This document shows, one piece after another, positions 1 through 12,800 of a stretch of 64,000 nucleotides of DNA. Made by a program: the position numbers and the translations under genes. The notes beneath the pieces were generated by a model that had not been told where the DNA came from, made no database searches, and saw only the letters and a program-made list of their open reading frames with translations. Location of the stretch: assembly GCA_030704615.1 (NCBI GenBank), contig CM060734.1, positions 58,404,001 to 58,468,000 of the forward strand, given 5' to 3'. The DNA is from Takakia lepidozioides (Eukaryota; Plantae; Bryophyta). Position 1 is the stretch's first letter. Every line of letters starts with the position of its first letter.

Positions 1-141
1 ATCTGGCCGTCCAAATACGACGGTTATCAGATCCTACGGTCTCCATTGGCTGCAGAGCGCGGCGGCGGCGCTGTCGCGCTACACGGAGTCTTAAATGATT
101 CTCCGGTTGGCGGTTCTGACGGCCGAGATAGCGCCACGTGG
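1..141. promoter_or_regulatory. HSP90 proximal promoter motifs: ACGG(C/T) MSA-like cluster and G-box
   Basis: atctggccgtcc (1-12), tacgacggtt, agatcctacggtct (about 30-43) and tctgacggccgagat (115-129), plus GCCACGTGG at 133-141, 300-430 bp upstream of the HSP90 ATG. Function is inferred only. Confidence 0.35.
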
Positions 142-431
142 AAGATCCCATGGTGGCGAAATAGATGAAATAGGGCCTAGGTCGTTGCCTCGGCAAAGCG
201 CCTCCATTGTCCGCTCGCTCTCTCTCTTTCTTCCTCGCCTCCATTGTTCGCTGCTTGTCGTCGCAATCTCGGAGCGCCACCCGTCTTATCGCTAGTTCTG
301 CGAAGAAGCTTTTGTCTGCTGTGGTGAGGCCCGTCGTTGTGGTGTTTTTGCTGTTCTGGAGCTGTTTTCCTGGCTCCTAGGGAGGTAGTTTGAGGTTCAG
401 TCTTGGAGATTCGGAGGAGTTGGCCGCGGAA

Positions 432-3400
432 ATGGCGGTTGTGGCGGAGGAGCAAGTAGGAGGGGCCGAGGTCGCTGCTGAGCAAGCAGGAGGGGCCGAG
501 GTTGAGACGTTCGCGTTTCAGGCGGAGATCAACCAGCTCCTGAGTTTGATCATCAACACTTTCTACAGCAATAAGGAGATCTTTCTCAGGGAACTCATCT
601 CCAATGCCTCAGATGTAAGAGTGGCTCCTCGATATGTTCTTTGGCCTGGGCATTGTGCCATCTTTGTTCAGTGAAGGGGTTACGAAGAGTGGACGACCAG
701 TATGTGCGACTGAGAGTCTGTGTGTTCCGTGGTCGGCGTATAAGCCCTGTGATGGTCCCATGAACGAAGGTTTATATGGCGTCGTGAATGTGGTATGGAA
801 GTGTCAGACCTGAACGGGGAGAACACCTAACGAAAGGATTTCAAGACAGTTTAAAGTTTCTGTAGGAGTCGGTGGGATTGAATCTCCGGGGTTTTCCCTG
901 CAGTTATTTGTCGGCGAGGGCTTGATGACCTGTCAGATTTTTTTTCCGGTATATATGAGATTGTTTGGAGGCAAATGTGACTCAAACGGCGAGCCTTCCG
1001 AGTGGAATGGAAAAGGTTGAGCCGTGTGTCTGGGGCATCCGTGGAATTGTTAGTCCTAGAACCTTTCTGACACCGGAAAGCGAAACTTGTCATGTAAATT
1101 TTGCAGGCATTGGACAAGATTCGGTTTGAGAGTCTCACCGATAAGAGCAAGCTGGAATCTCAGCAGGAACTGTTTATCCATATCATTCCGGACAAGACCA
1201 ACAATTCTCTTACCATCGTTGATTCGGGAATTGGAATGACTAAGGCTGGTGAGTAATTGCATACTAGGTTGTTGTCATTCTCGAATCAGCCTGCGTTTGA
1301 AACTTCTCGTCTTTCAAAACTTTACCAACGAGTATTTGCTGCGAAGGTGAAGTGTTGGTTTGGTCTGCGCCTGTCGTCAAAGGCCTGGCGGTTGGCTAAT
1401 GGAAAGCTGAGGAAGAGATGTAATAGTCTTCAACATAGTTCTGATGGGTTGTTTTGTTTTCTTAGATTTGGTGAACAACCTTGGCACCATTGCACGGTCG
1501 GGGACCAAGTCGTTCATGGAGGCCATCACAGCTGGAGCCGACATCAGTATGATTGGACAGTTTGGAGTTGGATTCTATTCAGCCTACCTGGTCGCTGAGA
1601 AGGTCGTGGTTCACAGCCGTCACAATGATGACGAACAGTATCTGTGGGAGTCTCAGGCGGGTGGTTCCTTCACTGTCCGAAGGGACTCAGGTAGGTTCTC
1701 GTGACTTCCCTTCGTACTGCTCTATCGATGGACCCCAAACCGGAATAGAGTTGCCGTAACTACCGCCCGCCCTCCCTTCTCTCTTTCCACCTTTTATTTT
1801 GTTGATTCTTACTTTGAAATTAGGATTTGTAGTTTTCTTGTGTTGATCTTGCTACGCTATTGGAGTTTTGCAAATAGTATGGTAGCCGTTATAAGACCCC
1901 TCATTGTAACCTCATCGAACCTCACTTGAGATACTTTCTTGTGCAACCATCTTAGCCCCTTAGAACCTCTGTTTTGAAAGTGTTGGGCCCTGCTGCATGT
2001 GTGACTTCTGTAGACCATATTATCTCCGAACTCGTTGCTTTAAATGATTTATGGTAAGCTTCAAGTATGTTGCCCACTGCAGCTGTGATGAAAATCAAGT
2101 GCCTTGTCTGAATTGCCAGATGTAATTATGACGTTTCAGTTGTAGTCAAATTCTGAGCTGCAGCTCGAATGGCTTATTCTTTACATACATGTCATTGACT
2201 GGCCGTGACTGCTGGCATAGAGTAGTATTTCTATTTCCAACAGAGTGCAGTATAGTATTGTAATATTCATTGAATTCAGGCCCGTGTTGTAGAGTTTTAA
2301 TTGTAGTTGTCCTGTTCTTGGCTGCCTTAAATTGTTTGTATCTTCTAGGAACGTGGTTTATTCATAGTTGTTGAACAAACCAAATTTCTTCAGGTGAGGA
2401 GTTGGGTCGTGGTACAAAGATCATATTGTACTTGAAGGAAGATCAGCTTGAGTATCTCGAGGAGAGGAGGCTGAAGGATCTGGTCAAGAAGCACTCCGAG
2501 TTCATCAGCTACCCCATTTCTCTGTGGACAGAGAAGACAACCGAGAAGGAGGTTTCTGATGATGAGGATGAGGATCTGGACAAGGCAGAGGAGAAGGAGG
2601 CTGAGGAAGTCAAGATTGAGGAGGTCGATGAAGCAGAGAAGGAGAAGAAGGAGAAAAAAACAAAGAAGGTCTGTATTCGTTGTTTGCTTCTCAATCTTAC
2701 CATTTTGCTGCATTCCCTATGTACTGGCTTGTTCGTTTGGACAATGACTCTCTCAGGTAATGATCTCAAAGTATGTCTGCTGTTAATCCACAGGTTAAAG
2801 AGGTGTCACACGAATGGGCTCTGATAAACAAGCAAAAGCCCATCTGGATGAGGGCCCCAGACCAGATTACAAAGGAGGAGTATGCTGCTTTTTACAAGAG
2901 CTTGACCAATGACTGGGAAGAGCATTTGGCTGTCAAGCACTTCTCAGTGGAGGGCCAGGTAATGTGATTTGTTGGGACTCTGCCCTGCATCTTGCAGGTG
3001 CATGGGTTGGTGTTTATGCTGGACTCCAATCAGTACTCCCAGGAGTGTTATAGATGACTACACTGATTGTATTTGGCTATCTGAGGATACTCCACTAATC
3101 CAGCTTGTGAAATTGCTAAATTACTAACAGTTTTGTGTTTGGATGGCAGCTGGAGTTTAAATCAGTTCTCTTTGTTCCCAAAAGAGCTCCCTTTGACATG
3201 TTTGATGGCCGGAAGAAGCAAAATAATATCAAGCTCTATGTTCGGCGTGTGTTCATCATGGATAACTGTGAGGAGTTGATCCCCGAGTACCTAGGCTTTG
3301 TTAAGGGTATTGTTGATTCTGAGGATCTTCCACTGAACATATCTCGGGAGATGCTTCAGCAGAACAAAATTTTGAAGGTAGCCTTCTCTCTCTGGACTCA

Positions 3401-5418
3401 TGTTGAATTGGTGGACGTGTGACCCATTCATATTGTAGCTAAGTGGAGTTTGAAATTCATACAAGGCCACAGCCGCGACAATGAGATTGTCTCTCTAGTA
3501 GGTCAGGATGGAGAACATATAGGTTCTGCATATACTTAGGTCTCTGCCGTGTATCTTCTACGTGGCTTGAATTAATGTTCCTCATCAGTTGAAGCCTTCT
3601 GTAACTTGCAGGTTATACGAAAGAACATCGTGAAGAAGTGTATAGAGATGTTTACTGAGATCTCTGAGAACAAGGATGACTACGTCAAGTTCTATGAGTC
3701 GTTTGGGAAAAATTTGAAGTTGGGTATACATGAAGACTCTCAGAACCGTCCCAAACTTGCAGGTACATGTTGTTCTTTCCAGATTGAGCATTCTATGAGA
3801 TTCTCAGTCCTGTGCAGCAATGTTCAGTTTATGTTAATTGATGGATATGTGAGTGGGCTCTGTGTTGATTCAGAATGGTTTGGCTGTATATGGCAGATCT
3901 TTTGAGATATCAGTCAACCAAGTCAGGAGAGGACTTCACATCATTGAAGGACTATGTGACACGTATGAAGGAGGGGCAAAAGGATATATACTACATTACT
4001 GGAGAGTCACGCAAGGCTGTTGAGAACTCTCCCTTCCTAGAAAAGCTGAAGAAGCGTGGTCTTGAGGTTCTTTTCATGGTTGACCCTATCGATGAATATG
4101 CAGGTATGTAACTGTTTATCTCAATAAAGAATTGTCCATGTAATTCTTCATGGTATGCTTGCATGACAGATGATGAATTTGTTGGCCATTAGTAATTTTG
4201 TTAAGTCAGAATCTCATGGTTTGTCTCCATTTGTGAGTGCAGTGCAACAGTTGAAGGAGTATGACAGCAAGAAGTTGGTTTCCGCTACCAAGGAGGTATG
4301 AAACCTGAGTATAAGAACTGTATGCTTTCTCCTCCCATGTTTACAATTCATCCGCAAGAGCACTTTGTCGTTTCTAGGTGAGAGGTTTTATCGAGCATAC
4401 AGAAATGTATAAAATCCAGGTGATAAGGAATGGTGATTGTGGTTGCAGGGCTTGAAGTTGGATGAGACTGATGAGGATAAAAAGAAGAAAGAGGAAGTGG
4501 CCGCTCAGTTTGAGGGTCTCTGCAAGCTCATGAAGGTTTGTGATGCAGTTAGTCAGGTTTTTGCATGATTGTGAGCTGTATTGTAGTTCCTAGTTTTTTA
4601 AAGAGAAGTGTGATATGCAGTTTGACAATTTGACAAGGCTTTCTGGATGTTTGTGGTAAAGTTGAGAAAGCTCAATCAACATAGTGAACATCTTTTGGTT
4701 CTGGTGACCAGGATATCCTCGGAGACAAGGTTGAGAAAGTGCTGGTATCAGATCGCATCGTCGACTCGCCATGTTGTTTGGTCACTGGCGAGTAAGTTCA
4801 CTTACCTTGTCCTCCCTGAATGCTATGGGACTGTCTTTTACTGTTTCTTACTGAATTCAAAATATGACAATGCTATCTTGGGTGCAGCCAACATTGTATT
4901 GCTGTGAATTTCTGATGTCAATTGATTGTACTGGTTTGTAGGTATGGATGGAGTGCCAACATGGAACGCATCATGAAGGCCCAAGCACTTCGGGACAGCA
5001 GCATGGGCAGCTACATGAGTAGCAAGAAGACACTGGAAATTAACCCTGACAATGCTGTTATGGCAGAGCTTCGCAAGCGGGCTGATGCAGACAAGTCTGA
5101 TAAAACTGTCAAAGACCTTGTTCTTTTACTCTTTGAGACTGGTATGTATTTGTACATTGGAAGATATAGATGGAACCTAAGACTCTTTTTCTAGTACATC
5201 AAATTTCTTACTACTGTTGGTTGTTGGTGAGTGCAGCGCTGCTGACTTCAGGATTTAGTTTGGATGAGCCCAACACATTTGGAACACGTATTCATCGCAT
5301 GATCAAGCTGGGTCTAAGTATTGATGAGGATACGGCTGCAATCGACGAGGATGAAACTGACATGCCCCCTCTGGAAGAGGATGTGGAGGAAGGCAGTCGA
5401 ATGGAGGAGGTTGACTAA
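432..5418 (+). CDS. HSP90: Cytosolic heat shock protein 90, 13 coding exons, about 725 aa
   Basis: Exons 432-614, 1107-1248, 1466-1690, 2394-2668, 2794-2958, 3150-3377, 3612-3762, 3897-4103, 4243-4295, 4449-4535, 4712-4791, 4942-5141, 5237-5418. All introns are GT-AG and the total of 2178 nt is in frame. Motifs [48 protein letters not shown] and C-terminal MEEVD. Confidence 0.98.
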
Positions 5419-6879
5419 AAATACCAGAGATTAGTTGGAGGTGCAGTACAAACGTGGATATGCAGAGAGAGAATGCTGTCAATCATGGAAGATGTAGCAC
5501 ACTAGATTGTGAGTCCTTCCATCAGCAAAAATCGTAAGTTTTGGTGATTCGACCTAGAAAGTTGGGACCTGACTGAGAATGATTTTTTTTCTTAAAAGCT
5601 TAGATACATTGGATTGAATTGGGAGAGGATATTGGTGATGATGGTGAAAAGGTCTTTTACCTATCTCTGGAGTACACAACACCTGAGAGTTGATCTGTTA
5701 ACTGGCAAACTACAAAGCTCAATATCAATGAAACATTATTTCTTCCATTGCAAGTGTATAATTTGTCAGATAAAATCGTGCCTCTTGCAATCTTGCATCT
5801 CAAATGTATGTTATGCATCTTGCAATAGTCTGCTTCAAGTGCTTGGAATTAACCGTGTTCACAAGCGAATCCGTAGAAAAGTAAACTCGAGAGGCTAGCT
5901 TTCCTTTCAGCCTAGCAAGGAAAGGTGAAATAACATCCTTTGTCTGCTAGCAATTTTCTGTAACCTGGACAGGACTTACTCCGATTACGGAGCAGTGCTT
6001 CTCTGTTGGTTTTATGGCCTCCTGCAAGGTAATTCACATCACAACCTAGTGCTGAAGAATAGAAACTACAACTGCCTGAGAGAATGGGACTTGCGTATTA
6101 ATGTAACATAGTCAATTGCCCTTCAGCAAGATGTAAAACTGCTCCCAATTTGGATGAGAATGTAGAGGAAATATTTCTGATGATATATATATACATAGGT
6201 ATGAGAACAGGACACTTACTGTCTCTGATTATTTTGTAATGCAGGGTAAGGGGTCATGGGGGGGATATTCCTACAGGTCCATGAGAGCACACTTTCCGTA
6301 TACATTTCCAAGATAACATTCATAATACAAATTTGTTGAAGGCACATGACACCATTCAGGCCAGCCCAAGCATTTGTGTGTTCTGAAATCAGACTTGTTT
6401 TTAAACCAAGCCTGTATATAAGAATTGATGCGACGTACAAGGGTGGCAAGTACCAACCATTGGGCACTGCATGCCTTTCATAGAGCTTGTTAAGGGATTA
6501 CCACTCTCTAACAAGGACGACAAATGAACCATGTGGAAGAACAAACCCAGGCTTGACATATAACTAGACCATGCAAGACAACTTTTTATCTAAGAGAAAC
6601 TATTCTAGAGCTCACTGCAGTGCAAATGCATCCAATGGGATGTCTACACCTGACACCTGCAAAATTGAGGACGGGGAAGTGGCGCCAAAATGTTTTGGGC
6701 CCAACCCCCCTTATGAAGACCTCTGGGTGCACCAGTCATCATTTGACGCCTCGCACAATTGAATCCCACTTGTCGTGTACCCCAAGTCCAAGTTAAGTTT
6801 TTCACCTCTGATGGAATAGCCACAGCTGCAAAAGAGGACATAGTCTTCGTGACCAAAACATGGCGGCCCCAGGTACTTC

Positions 6880-9800
6880 CTAAGCCGGGTTTTTAGATCT
6901 TGCTTTCTTCTTTTTAAGATCTAGACCGCCCAAGCCTCCACCCAAACCTAATGGTGCAGGCCCTGTGACTGTGTCCTCTGGCAGTCCATTTGCCACCATT
7001 GCAGCTGGAACTGGCCGGGGACCAGAGTTTGAGCTTGTGCCACCGGAATTTCCGTTTACCTTCTTCCCAGTATTTTCTGGCCGTGTAGCTGATGAGCTCT
7101 TTCCAGCCCCTCTCGATGAACTTGATCCTGAAGAGTTGCTCGCTTGAGGAGCTTTTCCAGCCACTCCACTGTTTATCAGGCTCAGCAAGTCTCCAAGGGG
7201 AGGGATGCTCTGTCCAGGTGCCTGAGGTCGAACATTCAGGCCCCTTGCTGCAGCCTTCTTGCGAACTTCGTTCACTGCACGTGCAGCACGTTCGTCTGTG
7301 CCCCTTGCCCTTGGGTGGGGTTCACCTCCAATCAAAGCAGCAGCTGCTGCAGCTTTGTTGATGGAGCCCCGTCCTGCATTCCCGCTGGCTGCTACCTGGA
7401 AGGCTTGCACCAAATCTGGTCGTGCCTACCAAATACAGAACATGGACCACAATCCTTTAGAATTTGGAATTTGAAAGCCTCTTGTCTCTCTATGTCCATA
7501 ATAGAGACATTCCACTCTGTATTGAAATGTCTCATCCAGTTGGTTAATCTCACCAATCGGTAAACAAATAAGACAGTCCTTGTGAGGCTAGCACAAACAG
7601 TCGTCACAAACAGACATGTAGAGGCTATCAACCTTGAGAGCTTCAGCTGCCTTCTGTGCTGCAGCGGCGTTTACTGCCTGCTGCCCCCTTTGCTTTTGTG
7701 CGTGCGCCTGCAGTCAGAGACAGTATTTAAGACCGAGCCATATATACTGCATTTTCACATAAACACAACTATTTTTGTCCCTCCCAAGTTAATGAGGCTT
7801 GCACTCTACGCTAACATCATTTCAAAACCAAAAATAAAAACAGAATTAAGAAATTGGACCATTATTCACAAAACTATACCTACAGACATGGCCTCTTGTT
7901 GTTGGTATGCCACTGAACCAAAGAAGAGATTGGTGGTCATTGATGAGAACCTACCTGAATGTCACGTATTTGGAAAGTCTTGATCCAGTTAGCAGAGTCG
8001 CGAGTTCTGGAGTCTTCCTCCCCTAGTTGCTTCACTAGTATAGCATGCGTGCTACGTTCATGCTGTTCCCAACCCCACCATTTTCCCCCCGGTTGGTTAA
8101 GTGACTCTAGGGCAGAGGCAGCCATAACCAACAAATTGGGCAAAGGAAGAAGGAGATGCATTCAATGGAATTTCATGTCTCTACATCTCTGTAACAAGAT
8201 TCACAACCTTCCACAAGAAAAGGGCTCTAAAGGGCAGATGTGAACGAGAACAAACCCATCACACTATCACATGTCAGATTGACTAGCCTGACAGAAGAGA
8301 TTCCAAAACACATACAATAGGCAGGGGAAAAGCCCCCGATGCCTGCATCTCTACAAACCTCCTGTGTTTTACAGTATGTGGATAATATCCACATGCATGA
8401 GTGTGATCAACCAAACACAAAACATAATACAGGATCTTTAGATATCGGCTGGGCAGGCAAAGCTAACAATTACCAGAATTTGCACTCTCACTTGTCCTGG
8501 ACAGTAAATATTTGTGCAGAAAGACAAGCATCAGCTTTGCTCATTAGAATCCTCTCAACAAGAAAGACTAATACCTGTAGAGAGAGTTTATAGGCACCCA
8601 TGCAGTTAAAAGCAATGGCCAGTGCGTGGTAGCAAACAGCCGTTTGGATGTGCTCTGGGCCCAGTAACCGCTCATTCCGTTTGAGAGCCTCTTGCAAGTA
8701 GCGGAGGGCTACATTCATCCGTCCTATATCCTGATACATCATGGCAATGTTGATGAAGGTGGCTGCCACGTCAGGGTGATCGGAGCCGCATGATACATTC
8801 AGCAACAGCAGTGTGCGTGCCATGTGGCGCAATGCCAGCTCAGTCTGGTTCAACCCATGATAAAAAAGTGCCATGTTCCCATAGCTGTGTCAAAGCACCC
8901 ACAGTTCCACAGTGACTACCTGTCAGTGTTGGAATCAGTATAGAAGATGGTCCTCTACAGGGACCCAGATTTCATGAGGACATTCCATGGAGGAATACAG
9001 AGAGTACGCACAGCATTTATGGATACAAGCCTCCTGCAAAATACGAGTAATTGCTTTGGATACTAAACCTTGTACACGTGAATATGTGGAGGTTTCAATC
9101 ACCTCTCATATAACAGCAGAAGGGCCTGAGAGAGAGATAAGAGAAAGAAAGAAGGAAACTGATTCCATCTGTGGGAGGCCCGAGGACCCATGGACACACA
9201 AGAATAAGAAGAAACCATATCAAAAGACCTGATACACTGCCCAGAGATGAAGTGCAGGGGATGTACTCATAAAACATTGTTTGCCGTAGCGTTGTGGCCA
9301 CAAACCTCAGACCCAGACAAGAGGGAACAGACACTACCCTTGTGAGGGCTCACTCCAGTACTGGGTAACACAGTTGGATAAAACAGATGGTTCCGGCTTT
9401 CCAGATTTCCTCTAGATATCCCTTCCCACAATCATCAATCTGCTGTGTTAGCTGCCCACTGATAAGGCAACAAAAGGGCCAGGGCTGTAGGCTCAGCTTT
9501 GAGATTTTGAGAGTTAGTGAACAGAGATGCAGGGACTACATTCTTGATGGTCCTGAAGAGGTTCGCTCTCTGATGAGAATACCCTCGACAGTGTATCAGA
9601 AAATGGATATTATCTTCAGGTCGCCCACACATTGGCATTGACAATCTTCCTTTCCTCTCTCCATCTGTATTTTGTTCAAAAGTAGACTCTCCACCCGGAG
9701 TTTGAATTTCAGTCGAGTGCCGAGGGTAGGTAGGCCTTAAGGTCCTCACCCATGTCACAAACAGGCCTAATGATGTTGCAAAGCACGGTCCTTTTAACTT

Positions 9801-12800
9801 CAGTTTTAATCCCTCACCAGTCGAAATTGAGTGAGACCCAAAGCTTTGTGTCTAGCCGTTAGAACCACTTTCTGTATATGCACATCCCAGGTACAACTGG
9901 AGGAAAACTTAACTCCAAGAGGGAGGGAGGGAGGGAGGACAAGGATCTCTTCACGGTTGAGATCCCCTCCTCCCTCCCCACGATCATTGAAGGCCACCAC
10001 TGTGCATTTACTAACATTGGCATTTAGCCTCCACGGTCAAAGTACCTCTTTGCACAATGAATCAACTCCAGAAGATTGGATGGGGTATCCCCTAGGCCAC
10101 AATGCGAACGTAAAAGCTGGTATGGTGGCATCACCCATCTTTAACCCAAATCCCTTGCTTTTCACATCTTCAAGGAGCTGATTAATTAAAAATTGAAGAG
10201 CAGTTGGGAGAGGGTAAAGCCTTGACCTACATCTTGGTAAACGTCAAAGAATATAACACAACTTTTGGTGTTCGCATAGAGGTTGTAAACCATCCTACAC
10301 ATTTTTCCAGAGCCCAGAAGACCACAGTTGAAGCAAGAGAAAGATAGAAAACCTGTGCGCAGTGTCAGGGTGATCAGGCCCCAGGCAGCGCTCATTGATG
10401 ATGAGCTCCTTGTGTTGCTGCATTATTGCACCAGCCATGTCACCCGCATGGTACAACACCATGGCCAGATACCTGCAAGCAAATTTAGCAACAGATCTCC
10501 TCAACTTAGACACTTGTACCGGTTGACTGTTCCCTAAGAGCGTGTTTGTGATGCAAACTGACCCATAAATACTAACAAACCCAGAGCATGTGATGGATTG
10601 GCAGCCACCCTGGTTTACACATAAGGGAGACGCCTCCTATGAAGTGGCAACACCGAGGCCATCATAAGTTTTCCTTCTTAAAGATCAAATAGACACACCT
10701 TAATGAGAGAAAATGACAAACAAAATCCTACATATTCCATCTTAAAAGCATACCCATACATGGGATCCCACGGTCAAGAGTATGTACCGGCAGCAATTGG
10801 CTACCTCGCGATGCATTGGTCCACAGACCTGCGGCCATCACAATATGACATAAGGAAATTTTCATCTGACCTTCCTTCAAATAGGGGCCGAGCCAGCTCA
10901 ATGAAAAGGGTCACCCTGATATACAGCGTAGCAATGCAATATTGGATTACACACAATGGGCAAATTTCCTAGGGGATGTGGGCACATTGTGCACACAATG
11001 ACATCATACAAGTTTGAGGCCCTTTGTCGAACACATTCCAAGTGTAATGTTTCTGGCACGACAGCAATATCATATGCTCCAAGGTAGCTTAAGCACAAAT
11101 CAACTTACCAAATTCCATCAGTATGCATGAGCTGCAAGAAGGGTGCCCATGAAGGTGACATCTCATCAGATGACAGTGAATATGGCAGAGTTTACCTGCT
11201 GCAAGATGGTGAAGGCTTCTGAAAACAGCTCATAAGCCTCATTTAGCTTGCCCTGAAACACGTTCCAGCAAATTCAGCACATATGGCAGACTTCTAAAAG
11301 AACCCAACAATGAAAACCGTGTACCAATAATACACCTGTCTGATCCACATGACCGGCGATTTTAGATGGAATAAACAATGACAAAAAAATGTGTACACAG
11401 GCAGCACACACACTTAATGGGAAAGGAATAGGAGAGTCAGACAGACATGTACTTAAACAACCCTAGAAGCAATGACTTGTCATTGGCCATAGGCCATAAA
11501 TAATCCCACCCTTCAGAAGATGATGTCCAGTTTTAGACGACCACGCTATATTACTCCTGACTCTTTGAAAGACAGACAGAGTGCAGGGGGTTACAGCTCG
11601 AGCCAGAGCCCAAACAAGAACCAACAGTGTGACATGGGTTCAGGTCAAGTCACACATGGAGCTGACTAAATAATTCAGCACGCTGTGGGCAAGAAACCAG
11701 GTTAATCACTGTTAAGAGAATTAACAAATTTGATCTCACATTCAACACAGTTTGAGCCCCTTGCAAACCTTAAATGGAACCCCACTTGTCTTTGTAAAAC
11801 TCTAGCTGACGGGTAGAATACCACATCTGGTACACTGGAAAAGGAATACTCTGGCAGCTTGACAGTCACAATGGCGAAGGAAGTCCACACCAAAAAGCAC
11901 CTTCAGGAAAAAAAAGAAAAATCATCCAAAAGTACACACCCTCAAAAGTGCAACCAGCGTTCTAACCAAAAAATTAAGGAGAGACCAAGAGAGAGAGAGA
12001 GGGCTATAAAAAGCATAGACAGGCAGAAAAGTAGACCAGAGAAAAGCAACACTTTAAGAGAAGGACGACATAATTTGAGAATGGCAAGCAAGGGAGGGGA
12101 GTAACTTGATGGAGGCGGAACCACTGTGAGAGATGCGGGGGTCCCAAGAGCTTCACCCGCGTGGGTAGCCCAACCTGTTCCACCCCACAACGAATTCCTC
12201 TCTTTTGGTGTCCGCAGCCCCAAACTCACAAACCTCTCCAACTTCTAACCAATGCATGTCCAAATCAGTCAGACCCCCAAGGCCAACAACACTTCTAGTA
12301 GTGAGTCATAGCTCATAACCAGTTTCTACATCATTGCTACAATGTATAGAAGATGACTGCAGGGGCCTTTTACAGAATGTACTCATAAGACGTTGTTTGC
12401 CATAGCCATGTGGCCATTGACCCTGCGCTCAGTTTGAGCGAAACACAAAGGGACAGAAACTATCTTTGTCAGGTCTGACGCCTGTAGTATGACTTACCTT
12501 GGAACAGACAATAATCCGAGTTCTCCAGATATCCTCTAGAAATCCCGTCACACAAGCATCAATCTGCTGCGTGTGGTTTGCCCAACAACTAGGCCCCAAA
12601 AAACTAGGGCCCAAAAGGGCCTGGGCTTTTGGCTCAGCCTCGAGACTTTCAAAGTTGGTAAACAGAGGTTCAGGCACAATTCCCTAGATCGATTTGAAGA
12701 GGCCGTCTCTCTTGTGAGAGTACCCAGGACGATGAATCAGAAAATGAATATTGTCTTCAGGTTGCCCACACAACAGGCAATTGCAATCCCTCTTTCCTCT

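Noticed and set aside
290-375. Possible heat-shock elements before HSP90 (ttctgcgaagaagcttt, ttctggag)
   Set aside because: Spacing and sequence do not match three contiguous inverted nGAAn units.
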